Positions 10,111-20,425 are shown, counted from the first letter of the stretch. The stretch: 64,000 nt of DNA from Candidatus Poribacteria bacterium (GCA_965218095.1 OZ244587.1:2848001-2912000); one strand, 5' to 3'. Notes: generated from the sequence alone by a model not told the origin. Numbers and translations are program-made.

Positions 10111-11010
10111 ATGAAGGAGAAGTCAATTATGGGACACAAGTATTCCGTAATTCTTTGCACCCTGGCTGGGAGCGGAGGCGACGTTTGGGAGAAACCGCGT
10201 GAGGTGCTTGAGACGATTGCCGGTGCGGGTTATGATGCCGTTGACATGGATGCAGAGCCGGACAAAATAGACCCACGGCGGTTCAAGGAAGTCACAGACA
10301 TCGCCTTCTCCCTTGGTCTGAAAATACCAGCACTCATCGGTGCCTGGGCCACTTGGCACGCCGGAGAAGGCAGAGACCTGGCATCGAGCGACGATTCAGT
10401 ACGAAGCCATGCCGTAAACTATGCCAAAAAGTGCATTAATCTGGCTGCCAGTTTTGATGAACCACCCCTATTTGAAATTGTCCCCTGTCCTGTTCAACCG
10501 GAGTACCCGGTTTCCAGTGTGCCACGCGACATCCTCAGGCACAACTTCATGAAAGCTGCCACAGAGATTGTCGCATACGCCGGGGATAGAAACGTCTCCG
10601 TGGCAATCGAGCCCGTCAACAGGTTTGAGGCCCATGCGGGCTTCTTAAATAGCATCGAGGAGGCCATGAGCATCGTCGAAGAGATCGGCGCAAAAAACCT
10701 GGGTGTGCTCGCCGACTTCTTCCATGTCAATATCGAAGATGCGGCGCTCACTGATGCGTTGAGGCTGGCGGGCAGTCGGCTGATGCACATCCACTTGGCC
10801 GATAGCAACAGACAGGCGCCCGGCACCGGGCATATTGATTTTTTACAGGTGATTCGAGTGCTGAACGCCATCAATTTTACGGGCTACATGTCCCTCGACA
10901 GCGTGCCGGCCAAACCGGATTGGAAAACATTAGTAGAGGAATCCATCCGCTTCATGAAGCAGATGGAGCAGACAGCAGCGTTGCAGCAGAGCATCGCCGA
11001 GATGCACTAA
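10111..11010 (+). CDS. Sugar phosphate isomerase/epimerase (xylose-isomerase-like TIM barrel)
   Basis: IEPVNRFE, ADFFHVNIED, HIHLADSNRQAPGTGHIDF. Confidence 0.92.
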   Translation: MKEKSIMGHKYSVILCTLAGSGGDVWEKPREVLETIAGAGYDAVDMDAEPDKIDPRRFKEVTDIAFSLGLKIPALIGAWATWHAGEGRDLASSDDSVRSHAVNYAKKCINLAASFDEPPLFEIVPCPVQPEYPVSSVPRDILRHNFMKAATEIVAYAGDRNVSVAIEPVNRFEAHAGFLNSIEEAMSIVEEIGAKNLGVLADFFHVNIEDAALTDALRLAGSRLMHIHLADSNRQAPGTGHIDFLQVIRVLNAINFTGYMSLDSVPAKPDWKTLVEESIRFMKQMEQTAALQQSIAEMH

Positions 11011-11057
11011 TACCGATCTAGGATTGAAATTCCGATAATGAGCGAAAGGAGGATTTT

Positions 11058-11627
11058 ATGATGTTGCGTTTGCTACTGGTGGTTTTGCTTCTCGTTATAA
11101 GTGTGACCTTGGCGGGCGCACCGCAGGCTGACAAGCCGCCGAATGCACTGCCAGATTTAACGCCGCGGGTGGCTGAACCGAAAGCCGAGCCGAAATTCCG
11201 TGTTGAGATGGTAACAGATGATGATGAGGTCGATTTAGATGCAGCGAGCTACATCAAGCGGGAATTACGCAGTTTGGGGGATGTAGAAATCGTTTATGAG
11301 GGGGCAGAGTGGAAATTGCAAGTTCTAGCTAACGAGGATAAAACGAAAAGTGGTCGTAAAATAGGATATTCCATAGCAGTTGCCTTTACAAGGCGTATAC
11401 GCGATAGCTACCCTAATGTGTTTGACTATAATGAGTTACGAAAGTTACTATCTACCGATGTCGTATTTGATTTTGTAGAAATAAGTGTTAGTTATGAGTT
11501 TCAGTCCCTTTACCTCGGGGGTGGGGGTACTGCTGAATTGGACTTAATATGTAAGAATCTTGTCACCACGTTTGATATAAAGCATCTTGAACCAGAGCGT
11601 AAGAAGCGTGTTGAAAATGTCCGCTAA
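11058..11627 (+). CDS. Hypothetical secreted protein (cassette-like)
   Basis: AAGGAGG RBS, signal peptide; stop TAA lies inside the left arm of site 11617. Confidence 0.75.
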   Translation: MMLRLLLVVLLLVISVTLAGAPQADKPPNALPDLTPRVAEPKAEPKFRVEMVTDDDEVDLDAASYIKRELRSLGDVEIVYEGAEWKLQVLANEDKTKSGRKIGYSIAVAFTRRIRDSYPNVFDYNELRKLLSTDVVFDFVEISVSYEFQSLYLGGGGTAELDLICKNLVTTFDIKHLEPERKKRVENVR

Positions 11628-11657
11628 GGGTCGTTATCGGACATTAAGGAGGATATT

Positions 11658-11732
11658 GTGAAAAGGATAAAGGCAATTGGACACTTGTTGTTTAGTTTTC
11701 TTGGGCGCATATCGCGCTGTGAGCGTGTTTAG
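11658..11732 (+). CDS. Possible 24-aa peptide
   Basis: AAGGAGG RBS and GTG directly after site 11617-11644. Confidence 0.3.
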   Translation: MKRIKAIGHLLFSFLGRISRCERV

Positions 11733-11813
11733 TGAACCCTCGTTGTCACCGTAACTGTTTTTGAGGCTCAATCTTAACCCACCCCTGTGTAAAATTCATT
11801 GGAGGAAAACGCT

Positions 11814-12317
11814 ATGAGATTCTTTTTTTGTGTGATTGTGATATTGTTGTTGATTGTTGGTTGTGAAAGTTCCGAACAAGTGAATGAGATGGCACCTGAG
11901 CCAGAAGCGAGTGACATGGCACCGGAGCCTACCCCTGAAAATAACTGGGTGGTTGAGTTTATTAAGCCTGAGTGTTGGGCGGCTGTCCCGTCCAATGTGG
12001 ATTGGGAATTGATTGCAACGCTCCAGCGGAATCCGTTAAAGCCCGGAGCGTTTTATATTTTTCCAGAACAAAAGGAAGCAATCAACGTTGCGTACCGTGA
12101 AGGGAAGCATTTCATCTTTGAAATAGGGCGTGAGTACAAAGAAGATTTAGGCTCTAAGATCCGGCACTACATTATACAACCAGAGATACCTTACCAAGAT
12201 AAAGATAAAAATCCTTTGCTGTTGCATTACGAGAAGGAAGGAGGTTTCAAGGACGAGCATCACAGATACTTCTTTATTTCAGTTGGTTGGTACGCATCTT
12301 TGAGGAAGGATCTATGA
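11814..12317 (+). CDS. Hypothetical lipoprotein
   Basis: GGAGG RBS; lipobox LIVGC; short MAPEP repeat. Confidence 0.75.
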   Translation: MRFFFCVIVILLLIVGCESSEQVNEMAPEPEASDMAPEPTPENNWVVEFIKPECWAAVPSNVDWELIATLQRNPLKPGAFYIFPEQKEAINVAYREGKHFIFEIGREYKEDLGSKIRHYIIQPEIPYQDKDKNPLLLHYEKEGGFKDEHHRYFFISVGWYASLRKDL

Positions 12318-12455
12318 TGATGGAGATATATGGAATACCCCAGAGGTAGGCTTGGTTGACCATCCTAAAAGCGGTGTTATCGGACAGGGAAATAGTTTCA
12401 TCGAGGAATGGGTGCGGTTGTATATTTATGTTAGTCGTGATTAGAAAGGAGAGAT

Positions 12456-12818
12456 TTGATGCCAAAGAAGAAAACTGGCGAATTGACAGTGGTTCATACG
12501 TTTGCTATTAAGCCGTCGCAGTTGAAGGAAATTAGACAAGCGGCATTTGATAGAGATATGTCTATCTCGAAGTATATTTGTAATGCGCTTCGGTACTATC
12601 AGACGGGTTTGATTCTTTTGACTGATGCGGCAAATCTATCGTTTGTGTTAGGGACATTGAAATATATGCCTCGCTATCCTTTAGACGATGTGAGAGTGGG
12701 CGATTTTGTCCTTTATGCGTCTGATGCCCCACTGGAGGCAGACGTAACCCATGCGGCGTTGGTTCAGGGTGTTCAACGGGTAGGCGATAATTTCCGTCAG
12801 CAGATAATTTCTCGTTGA
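12456..12818 (+). CDS. Putative ribbon-helix-helix DNA-binding protein
   Basis: HTFAIKPSQLKEIRQAAFDRDMSISKYICNAL fits the RHH pattern; AAGGAG RBS. Confidence 0.55.
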   Translation: MMPKKKTGELTVVHTFAIKPSQLKEIRQAAFDRDMSISKYICNALRYYQTGLILLTDAANLSFVLGTLKYMPRYPLDDVRVGDFVLYASDAPLEADVTHAALVQGVQRVGDNFRQQIISR

Positions 12819-12941
12819 TATCCATTGCTAAAAAATGTGACAGAATTGTAGGTGGTGAAACCGTCTCAATAAAGCGTTTTTATTGAGAAACCATGCGCTT
12901 GACCTCTCGGAACGGAACGGTCGTCAAGGACATATTAACGC

Positions 12942-13067
12942 TTGATTTTTTGTATTGCGAAGTTGCATGAGGAATCTCTGAAGTCGAACAAGTCCGTGTC
13001 AAAGATTATTCGTGAAGGGCTGGATCTCTATTTTGAAAGAGAAAGGAAGCGCCGGGTATTGCGGTAA
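12942..13067 (+). CDS. CopG-like RHH small protein (41 aa from TTG, or frameshifted from ATG 12893)
   Basis: IAKLHEESLKSNKSVSKIIREGLDLYFERERKRR; below the ORF-track cutoff. Confidence 0.5.
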   Translation: MIFCIAKLHEESLKSNKSVSKIIREGLDLYFERERKRRVLR

Positions 13068-13136
13068 TACCCGACGGCTTCCGGATGCTATTTGCGAGTT
13101 GCAGCGGGTGGTGTCGGTGCGTATTCCGACGGCTAC
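13035..13136 (-). ncRNA. Candidate ~100-nt counter-transcript RNA
   Basis: Minus-strand TTGACA (13172-13167), 18 bp, TAGAAT (13148-13143); ends in hairpin 13045-13082 plus TTTCTCTTTC. Confidence 0.5.
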
Positions 13137-13552
13137 TCTATTATTCTACAACACTTTCGGCTTTGGTGTCAACCCCAAAACTACTAATAATGTTCGGCAA
13201 TAAACATTGTCGGGCGTTCTTAATTGTGCTAAAATTATGGTAGAAAAGTTTTTGGTGGAGGTTGTTTACTGGTCGCAGGATTGGCGTTATCCTTTAATAC
13301 GCATTATCGGACATATTCCTGTATCTAACCGCTTGTGCCAAGGTATCAAGGCATAATCGAAAGACAGACGCTCGCCTTACCAGAGCCAAAGCCCAAACGA
13401 CGCTTTTTCCGATGGTTGTAGCCCTCACTATGCGCGGACGCAAGCCCTTTGTGATGAGTGGTTCGTGGACATTGCGGACCGAGAGTCCAAGGATATCCGG
13501 TAACAGGTCTTATCGGATATTTTTCTGATATAAATATAGGAGAAATTCTATT

Positions 13553-14124
13553 ATGAGCAACAGAATCATGACAGGCAAAAATAGCGAACTCAAAAAAGTT
13601 GTCGCGTACACAGACGGAGCTTGTAGCGGCAATCCGGGACCTGGTGGCTACGGAGTTGTCCTTCTATACGACAAACATGAACAAGAGCTATCCGAGGGGT
13701 TTCGGTTAACAACCAATAGTCGCATGGAAATGTGGGCTGCTATAGCTGCACTAGAAGCCCTCAAACCCCAGAAGTGTGCAGTAACAATATACTCGGATTC
13801 AGAATTCTTGGTTAATAGTGTATCACAGGGCTGGGTGTATAAATGGAAAGAAAATGGTTGGAAAAACAAAAATATCAAAAATAAGGAGGTTCCGAATACC
13901 GACTTATGGATGCTACTATTAGAATTGTGTGAACAACATTGCTACTATTAGAATTGTGTGAACAACATGAAGTTAAGTTCGTGTGGGTGAAAGGTCATGA
14001 TGGCAATCCCGGTAATGAGCGTGCGAATCAATTATCAAAGAAAGCGTTAGATCGAGAAAATTTAGGCATTGATAAAATCTATGAAGCAGAGAAAGTTCAA
14101 ATGCCTCAGCCGACTTTGTTTTAA
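13553..14124 (+). pseudogene. rnhA: Ribonuclease HI, frameshifted by a 29-bp tandem duplication
   Basis: YTDGACSGNPGPGG, TTNSRME, YSDS, WVKGHDGNPGNERANQL; duplication 13911-13939/13940-13968. Confidence 0.9.
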
Positions 14125-14259
14125 TCTGCGTAATACAGCTTATGGCAGTTGGCATTCTTTCGCGAGGGAGAAGAGTGTATGGCGTACCTGTCAACTGCCG
14201 CCAAAAATAGTCCGATAAATGCCATTATCGGACAACCTTCCAAAAAGGAGGGATAGACC

Positions 14260-14550
14260 ATGAACCAAAAAACCCTTTTGATAGCCATAGCGACCTTGAT
14301 AGTGGCAATCTTTGCCTTTGCTCAAGTCTACATCATTTTCACAGTTACAACTATCAATGACCGAATCAATAGCGTGGACCAACGGCTAACACACCTTGAG
14401 ACCCGCTTTGATAAGCGATTTACGGCTATTGACCAACGTTTTACAGACCTTGAAACCCGCTTTGATAAGCGATTTGATCTCATTGAAACCCGGCTCGATG
14501 CGCTCAACCAGAACTATATTGATCACCTAGCACACCATATCAAGAAATGA
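14260..14550 (+). CDS. Small membrane-anchored coiled-coil protein with an 18-aa internal repeat
   Basis: AAGGAGG RBS; TM helix followed by DQRxTxLETRFDKRF twice. Confidence 0.75.
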   Translation: MNQKTLLIAIATLIVAIFAFAQVYIIFTVTTINDRINSVDQRLTHLETRFDKRFTAIDQRFTDLETRFDKRFDLIETRLDALNQNYIDHLAHHIKK

Positions 14551-14915
14551 GTAAGTTGAACCAAAACCACAAGGGAGATATACGTCCCCACGACCCTTTG
14601 TGGCGAAACTTCAAAAGAGGGGGATTTGACAGGAGGCCATTTATGTTTTTGCGTGTTGACGGAGGAGATTATGAAAATGTGATCAATTTAGATAACGTTG
14701 TTAATATCGCAACTCGTTTAGTATCCGAGGGCAACTGTTCCATTCAGGTTTTTATGGTGGATGGTCAGGAATTCACAATTTTCAATAGCGATGAAAAGCG
14801 GTGTATGGCGGTTACTGAGGCGCTTTGGGAATTTATTTTTAATGCTACTCAAGGAGGACCTTCGATAAGCCTAAGCTCTCTTATTAACAAGGCTATCATG
14901 AAAAATATCCGATAA
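14547..14915 (+). CDS. Hypothetical protein (alternative start ATG 14643)
   Basis: AGGAGG before 14643; stop TAA lies inside the left arm of site 14905. Confidence 0.6.
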   Translation: MSKLNQNHKGDIRPHDPLWRNFKRGGFDRRPFMFLRVDGGDYENVINLDNVVNIATRLVSEGNCSIQVFMVDGQEFTIFNSDEKRCMAVTEALWEFIFNATQGGPSISLSSLINKAIMKNIR

Positions 14916-15351
14916 TGAGATGTTATCGGATATTCATTCGATCAATAGTAAAATAAACCCCTGTCAACCGCTGAGCTAACAAAAAGCGAAGTGTCCGATA
15001 GGATCGGCGAAGATACTGTTATGGTAGGGTTTTGACGATGTACCTTTTTGAAAATCGCCCTTTTCAACTTGAACAACAACACGAAAATAGACATCTGACA
15101 GAAAGCAATGCTCCCAATAGAAACCGATAAATTAGTCCTATCGCTCCTACAGAGCTAGACAATGTAACGGAAGACCGCTATCTATAGACATTTCGACCCT
15201 ACGGGTCAAAAATCTACCCCTATTAGGGAGATATAGAGGGGGGCTTATCAACCGTGCCAAACGGGAAAAAGCAAACCTAAGAACCAGTATAAGAGTGAGG
15301 GGGGAAGTCTTGGTCGGATGGATATGATGTGGGCTCTTTGGTGTTTCAACC

Positions 15352-15754
15352 GTGAACCTGGCAGGAAGATGGGAAGTGAAAGAGAATATGCCAACAGGAA
15401 GAGTGACTCTTGCCACGAGCGTGGGTGATGGGGAGATTTATGCCATTGGAGGACACGGCGTATTACGGGTGGACATCGGAGGAGATCGCAATGACAATTC
15501 GTTCCATAACGACATTCCTAACGCTTCTTGGCGCCATCGCGTTAATCGGTTGCGCCGATAATCCCACAGACTTGGAAAATTCAGCACAGCTCGCGGACAC
15601 GAAGATTGCTTTTTTGTCGGACCGCGATGGCAACCCTGACATCTATGTGATGAACGCCGACGAGTCTAATCCCGTCAACCTCACCAATCACCTAGAAGAC
15701 GACTTTTCTCCCTCTTGGCTTCCGGCGGACTCCAACGCTAACATGGGACATTAA
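15352..15754 (+). pseudogene. Juxtaposed fragments: a Kelch repeat stub and a truncated TolB/PD40 lipoprotein
   Basis: WEVKENMPTGR..GEIYAIGG; ALIGC lipobox; IAFLSDRDGNPDIYVMNAD..PSW. Confidence 0.6.
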
Positions 15755-15804
15755 CTCTGATGGTCCACTATCAACGGGGGATTCGCTGATCCTGAAGCCT
15801 AGGT

Positions 15805-18800
15805 GTGACAATGAGAATTTTGTCAAATAAAATCGACGTCATGAAGCAATTCTGCTGGATTTTCGCCTTATGTGCTGTATCGGGCGTCACAATTTTCGGC
15901 GTGATTGCACAAAGAAGCCCCGCTCAGTCTAATGAAAATACCCACCCACTTGTGCGAGATGTTCGCATTATTCCTGCGCCCATCACGGAATCAGTCAATT
16001 CCCAGGAGAAGTTGACGATATCGACGCCCCATACATCCAGAGATTGGCAGTCCATTATCAAATCCGTAGGCATCCAACCCGATTCGGAAAAATGTGTCGA
16101 TTGTCACTTCGAGGGACAATCCCCGACACAAGTACATCCGGGAAACCATCTGCGCCTCCATTCCCCTGATATATTTGGCTGTATCCTTTGCCATGGTGGG
16201 GATGCGCAAGCCACCGAGACGCAAGCAGCGCATTCCTCTGCGAAGGCATTTCCCTTCATGAGGGGACGCCAAATTGAAGCGAATTGTGGCAAATGCCATA
16301 CCGAGCCTACGGTGCCGGGTGCGCATTCGCTCTCCGGTGGACGATTTGTCCTCAATAGATACGGCTGCGTGACCTGTCACGACCTGCCCATAGAAATTCC
16401 GGCCGCACGATATGCCCCCCGTCTTGATTATATTGGCAATAAAGTCACCAGGGAATGGCTGGGGGATTGGCTTGAAGATCCAACGGTTTATCTTCCGAAA
16501 TCGAAGATGCCCAAAATTGAGGGAGTGCACGCGAGTGAGCGTGACGCAATTATCGAATTTCTTCTGACCTTACGGAATGATGCGCTATTCCAACCGATTG
16601 CTGGGAAAGGAAACGCCGGAAATGGAGAGAAGCTCTTCACCGCGGAAGAATGTCAATCGTGTCATGCCGTACAAGGCGTCGGTGACAAGATTGGTCCCGC
16701 ACTGGATCGGGTTGGGGAGAAGGTGAACCGCTTGTGGCTCATGAACTACCTCCGAAATCCGGCAAAGTTCCATCCAAACACGAAGATGCCGGAGTACGAG
16801 TTTTCAGATCAAGCGATCTTGGATCTCACCGAGTATTTACTGACGCATGTTTCCGATGGGGTAACCGTTTTGGAAAAATTTCCAGATGTTTCGCCCAACC
16901 CGACTAAAGCCTGTGAAGGGTTCAAGCTGTACATCAATAAGGGGTGCGCCCAGTGCCACGGGATTACGAAATATATGAAGGTGAACATCACCGAGCAGAT
17001 CCGGAAAACAGAGATTCACGAAGTGATTGAGCGGATTCAGACACATCGGGGGAGGGGGGCCAAAGTCCCAGAAATCGATATTCCAGCATCGGATCTGGAA
17101 TTGATGAAGAGCGCCCTTTTAGCGATACAACAAAATGACATCTATAAAGATCTCTCATACAATTTGGCGGAAGGCACGTTGGGAAACCCAAATCGATTTT
17201 TAGAATCGTTCTGGCAGTTTCCAATAACCCCCCAAGGTGAGCCGCCAGATTATTACAATGAAACGGTCGCGAAACTTTCACCGGAGTCATGTGGAAGTTG
17301 TCACATCAAACAGTGGGAGGACTGGAAAACAACCCGTCATGCAATGGCGATGGGGCCTGGGGTTTGGGGCGGGTTAATCGGGGCCGCGCCCGATTTCGTC
17401 GAGAGTTGCTCGGAATATCACGTGCCATTGTCCGAACAACACGAATATTTGCCAGCGTCAGATGGAGGATACGCTGAAAATCAACAGTATGACGCACAAC
17501 TCCAATCGCACGGGATTACCTGTGCCGCCTGCCACCTTCGAGGACATCAACGCTTTGGGCCTTCTTTCTCGGAAACCGCGGCAGCGGCAAGTATCTTCGG
17601 TGAGGGACATCATGGGGGAGCAGTTGTGAGTCGTGCGTATCAGGATTCGGCTTTCTGCAAATCGTGTCACCAATTCGAGGAGGGTGAGGCGAGTCTGAAC
17701 GGGAAACTTCTGGAAAACACATACAACGAATGGCTCCAAAGCCCCCATGCCAAAAACGGTGAAACCTGTCAGTCGTGTCACATGCCAGGGCGCCAACATC
17801 GGTTTCGAGGCATTCATGACCCCGAAATCGTACGAAAAGCCGTAAAATTGAGTGTTCAGATGAAAAATCAGCGGGAAAGGATCGAAGCCGAGATTCAGTT
17901 GACGAATGAGGGAGCAGGTCATCACTTACCGACATACGCGGCGCCGGCGATTTTTGTCACTGTGCGACTGCTGGATTCGGCTGGAAATCCCATCCCCAGA
18001 ACAAAGCAGGTGCGGGCGATTCAACGCCGGGTGCCTTCAAGCCAGGACCGAGAAATATTCGATACTCGCATCCCCGCCGGAGGAACTTGGATCTATGATT
18101 ATAAAATCTCCCGTCCTGAACGCGCCGAAACCCTTGAGCTCTGGATTGATGTGCATCCGGACCATTTTTACAACGGATTTTTCAAGGCATACCGCGCCAA
18201 TAGGGCAGCACAACCGTACATTGATAAAGCCCTTGAGAGCATTAAACAGAGCCCGTACCTGTTGCTGACGAAGCACATCCCCTTGGATGTTTCTTCATCT
18301 CAAGAGACTGCAACCCAATCTCTTGAAACAGCAGAAAGCTATAACAATCTAGGGGTTGCCTACCAAAAGCGGGGGGAGTTGGAGGAGGCGATCGGAGCGT
18401 TCAAAACGGCGATCAGTATTGACCCGAACCTGGCAGAAGCACATGTCAATTTGGGGAATGGCTATGGCATGCAAGGCAGGCTCGACGATGCCCTTGTAGC
18501 GTTTAAGGAGGCAATTCGCATCGACCCAAACCTCGCGGGGGTGTATAGCATCTGGGACATATCTACGGTATGCAAGGCCGGCTTGATGAAGCCATTGTCC
18601 AGTATAAGAAGGGGATTGCTATCAACCCTGACTATACAACAGCACATTATAATCTTGCCTGTGCCTATTCTCTCAAAAATGAGAAGACTTTAGCTATAGA
18701 AACCCTTCAGAAAGCCATAACGCTAGATCAGAAATACATTGAAATCTCCAAAACGGATAGCGATTTTGATAATATCCGTGAGAGTCGAGAGTTTCAGCAG

Positions 18801-18824
18801 CTTATCAACTCAGTTGAACATTAG
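15805..18824 (+). CDS. Multiheme cytochrome c with C-terminal TPRs; frameshift ~18549 splits the TPR tail (18570-18824)
   Basis: 10 CxxCH motifs plus a degenerate CSEYH; TPR motifs YNNLGVAY, HVNLG, HYNLACAYS. Confidence 0.85.
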
Positions 18825-18847
18825 CCGCGTTTCAAAGGAGGCGCACG

Positions 18848-20305
18848 ATGGGAGCAAATGAATCTTCAGGATATGTTGTGGAGCCAGAAAAGCAAGTGCC
18901 GATTGCCTACGACGTGGATGTGGCAGTGGTAGGTGCCGGAATCGCCGGGCTATTTGCCGCACTTGCCGCAGGAAAGCAGGGGGCAAAGACCCTCCTGATC
19001 GATCGCTTTGCGAGTCTAGGCGGCAATATCGGACCGGCGATGATCGCCCTTGGATCGCTCTATGGCGAGGCAGACGTCACGCTGGTCGGTGGCTTATCCG
19101 GTCTTCCCAAAACACTGATTGACCGTTTGGAGGCCAAGCGCACTGTCCCGGGGACCAACTACGCAGATGAGACCAACCTTGTCTCATACCTCGGTGTCAG
19201 GATGGCCGAAGAATTTGGTGTGGAGCTGCTGCTTGCGGTGTGGGCGGCAGACCCGATCATTGAAGGCGACCAGGTCAGCGGACTGTTTGTCGAGGGCAAA
19301 TCGGGGCGGGTCGCGGTGAAAGCCAAGGTGGTCATTGATGCGTCGGCTGACGTGGACATTGCACGCAGGGCCGGGGCGCCGGTCATCACCGGTTCGCCCC
19401 CCGATCCGTCGTATGCACCGCTCGTCCACCCCCAGTACCGACGACCCGAATACCGGGTATGGAACGATACAGCACTGTTCTACATCACTGCCAACATTGA
19501 CTTTGAGGCTTATGAAGCGTTCACGGACAGCCAGGTGACACTCAGTGAGACGGATCGGGAATGGTTGAGACAATACCGGAATCTGGGCGGGTTTCCCCTG
19601 CCACTTTTGCCCAGATTGCGCCAGGCGTGGGAAAGCGGAGAATTTCAGCATGCAAAAGATCTCGAGCCAAGAGTTCATATTGAGAGTGTCGCCATTGGGC
19701 GGTTTGGTGATCGGCTTGGAAGGAGTTATATAAACGCCCGTGGCGAGATTCGCCGTGAAGATATGAAACAGCATTCACGACTGGAGGCCGCGGTGCGGGT
19801 GCATGCCTACGAAACCGTACAGTTCTACCGTAACCATGTGCCAGGCTTCGAGGGGGCTTACTTGCTGTTCACAGCCCCCTACTTCGGGGCGCGGGGCGGC
19901 CCCTGCATTGATGCAGAACAGACCATCACCCCCTCCGAAGCCTACACCGGCCAGAAATTCGACGATGTAATGTTTCGGAACATCCACGAGGGCCAGCAGA
20001 TGCATGGGGGCGAGAAATCAGGGTTCGATGTCCCCTATCGGATGATTCTTCCCAAAGGGGTAGATGGACTGCTGGTCACCGGACGCGGCTCGGGCTATAT
20101 TCGCCGTGGTCATGACCCCACAGGCATGCGCGCACGGCCCGCCATTATGGTCTTAGGCGAAGCGAGTGGCATCGCCGCAGCTCTGGCTGTGAAGCAAGAC
20201 GGTACGCCAAAGACTCTCAATGTCAAGGCCCTGCAACAGGAGATGCTGCGGCAGGGAGCGTTTCTGGGGGATGAGGCACGGCTCACTGAACTCGGGTTGC
20301 GCTAG
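18848..20305 (+). CDS. FAD-dependent oxidoreductase
   Basis: DVAVVGAGIAGLFAA, VVIDASADVDIA, VPYRMILPK..GLLVTGR. Confidence 0.9.
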   Translation: MGANESSGYVVEPEKQVPIAYDVDVAVVGAGIAGLFAALAAGKQGAKTLLIDRFASLGGNIGPAMIALGSLYGEADVTLVGGLSGLPKTLIDRLEAKRTVPGTNYADETNLVSYLGVRMAEEFGVELLLAVWAADPIIEGDQVSGLFVEGKSGRVAVKAKVVIDASADVDIARRAGAPVITGSPPDPSYAPLVHPQYRRPEYRVWNDTALFYITANIDFEAYEAFTDSQVTLSETDREWLRQYRNLGGFPLPLLPRLRQAWESGEFQHAKDLEPRVHIESVAIGRFGDRLGRSYINARGEIRREDMKQHSRLEAAVRVHAYETVQFYRNHVPGFEGAYLLFTAPYFGARGGPCIDAEQTITPSEAYTGQKFDDVMFRNIHEGQQMHGGEKSGFDVPYRMILPKGVDGLLVTGRGSGYIRRGHDPTGMRARPAIMVLGEASGIAAALAVKQDGTPKTLNVKALQQEMLRQGAFLGDEARLTELGLR

Positions 20306-20425
20306 TAAAGCGCGGCGTAAGTTTCGACCTCACTCCCGAAAACCGTGATCCCGATCGAAGATCGGGGTTTAGCATTGGGTGTCATATCGAGCATTCCTAT
20401 CAACCAGATGAGAAGGAGATCTCCA

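Larger units (their letters stand above)
11028..15001. repeat. Array of palindromic dif-like sites ATRTCCGATAA-N6-TTATCGGAYAT
   Basis: Full sites at 11617-11644, 12360-12387, 13190-13217 (degenerate), 13287-13314, 13493-13520, 14208-14235 and 14905-14933 (N7); half sites at 11028-11038 and 14991-15001. Confidence 0.85.

Noticed and set aside
11028-15001. CRISPR array or classical integron
   Set aside because: Spacing is irregular (70-880 bp) and contains genes; no cas or intI in the window; the sites lack attC RYYYAAC/GTTRRRY cores.
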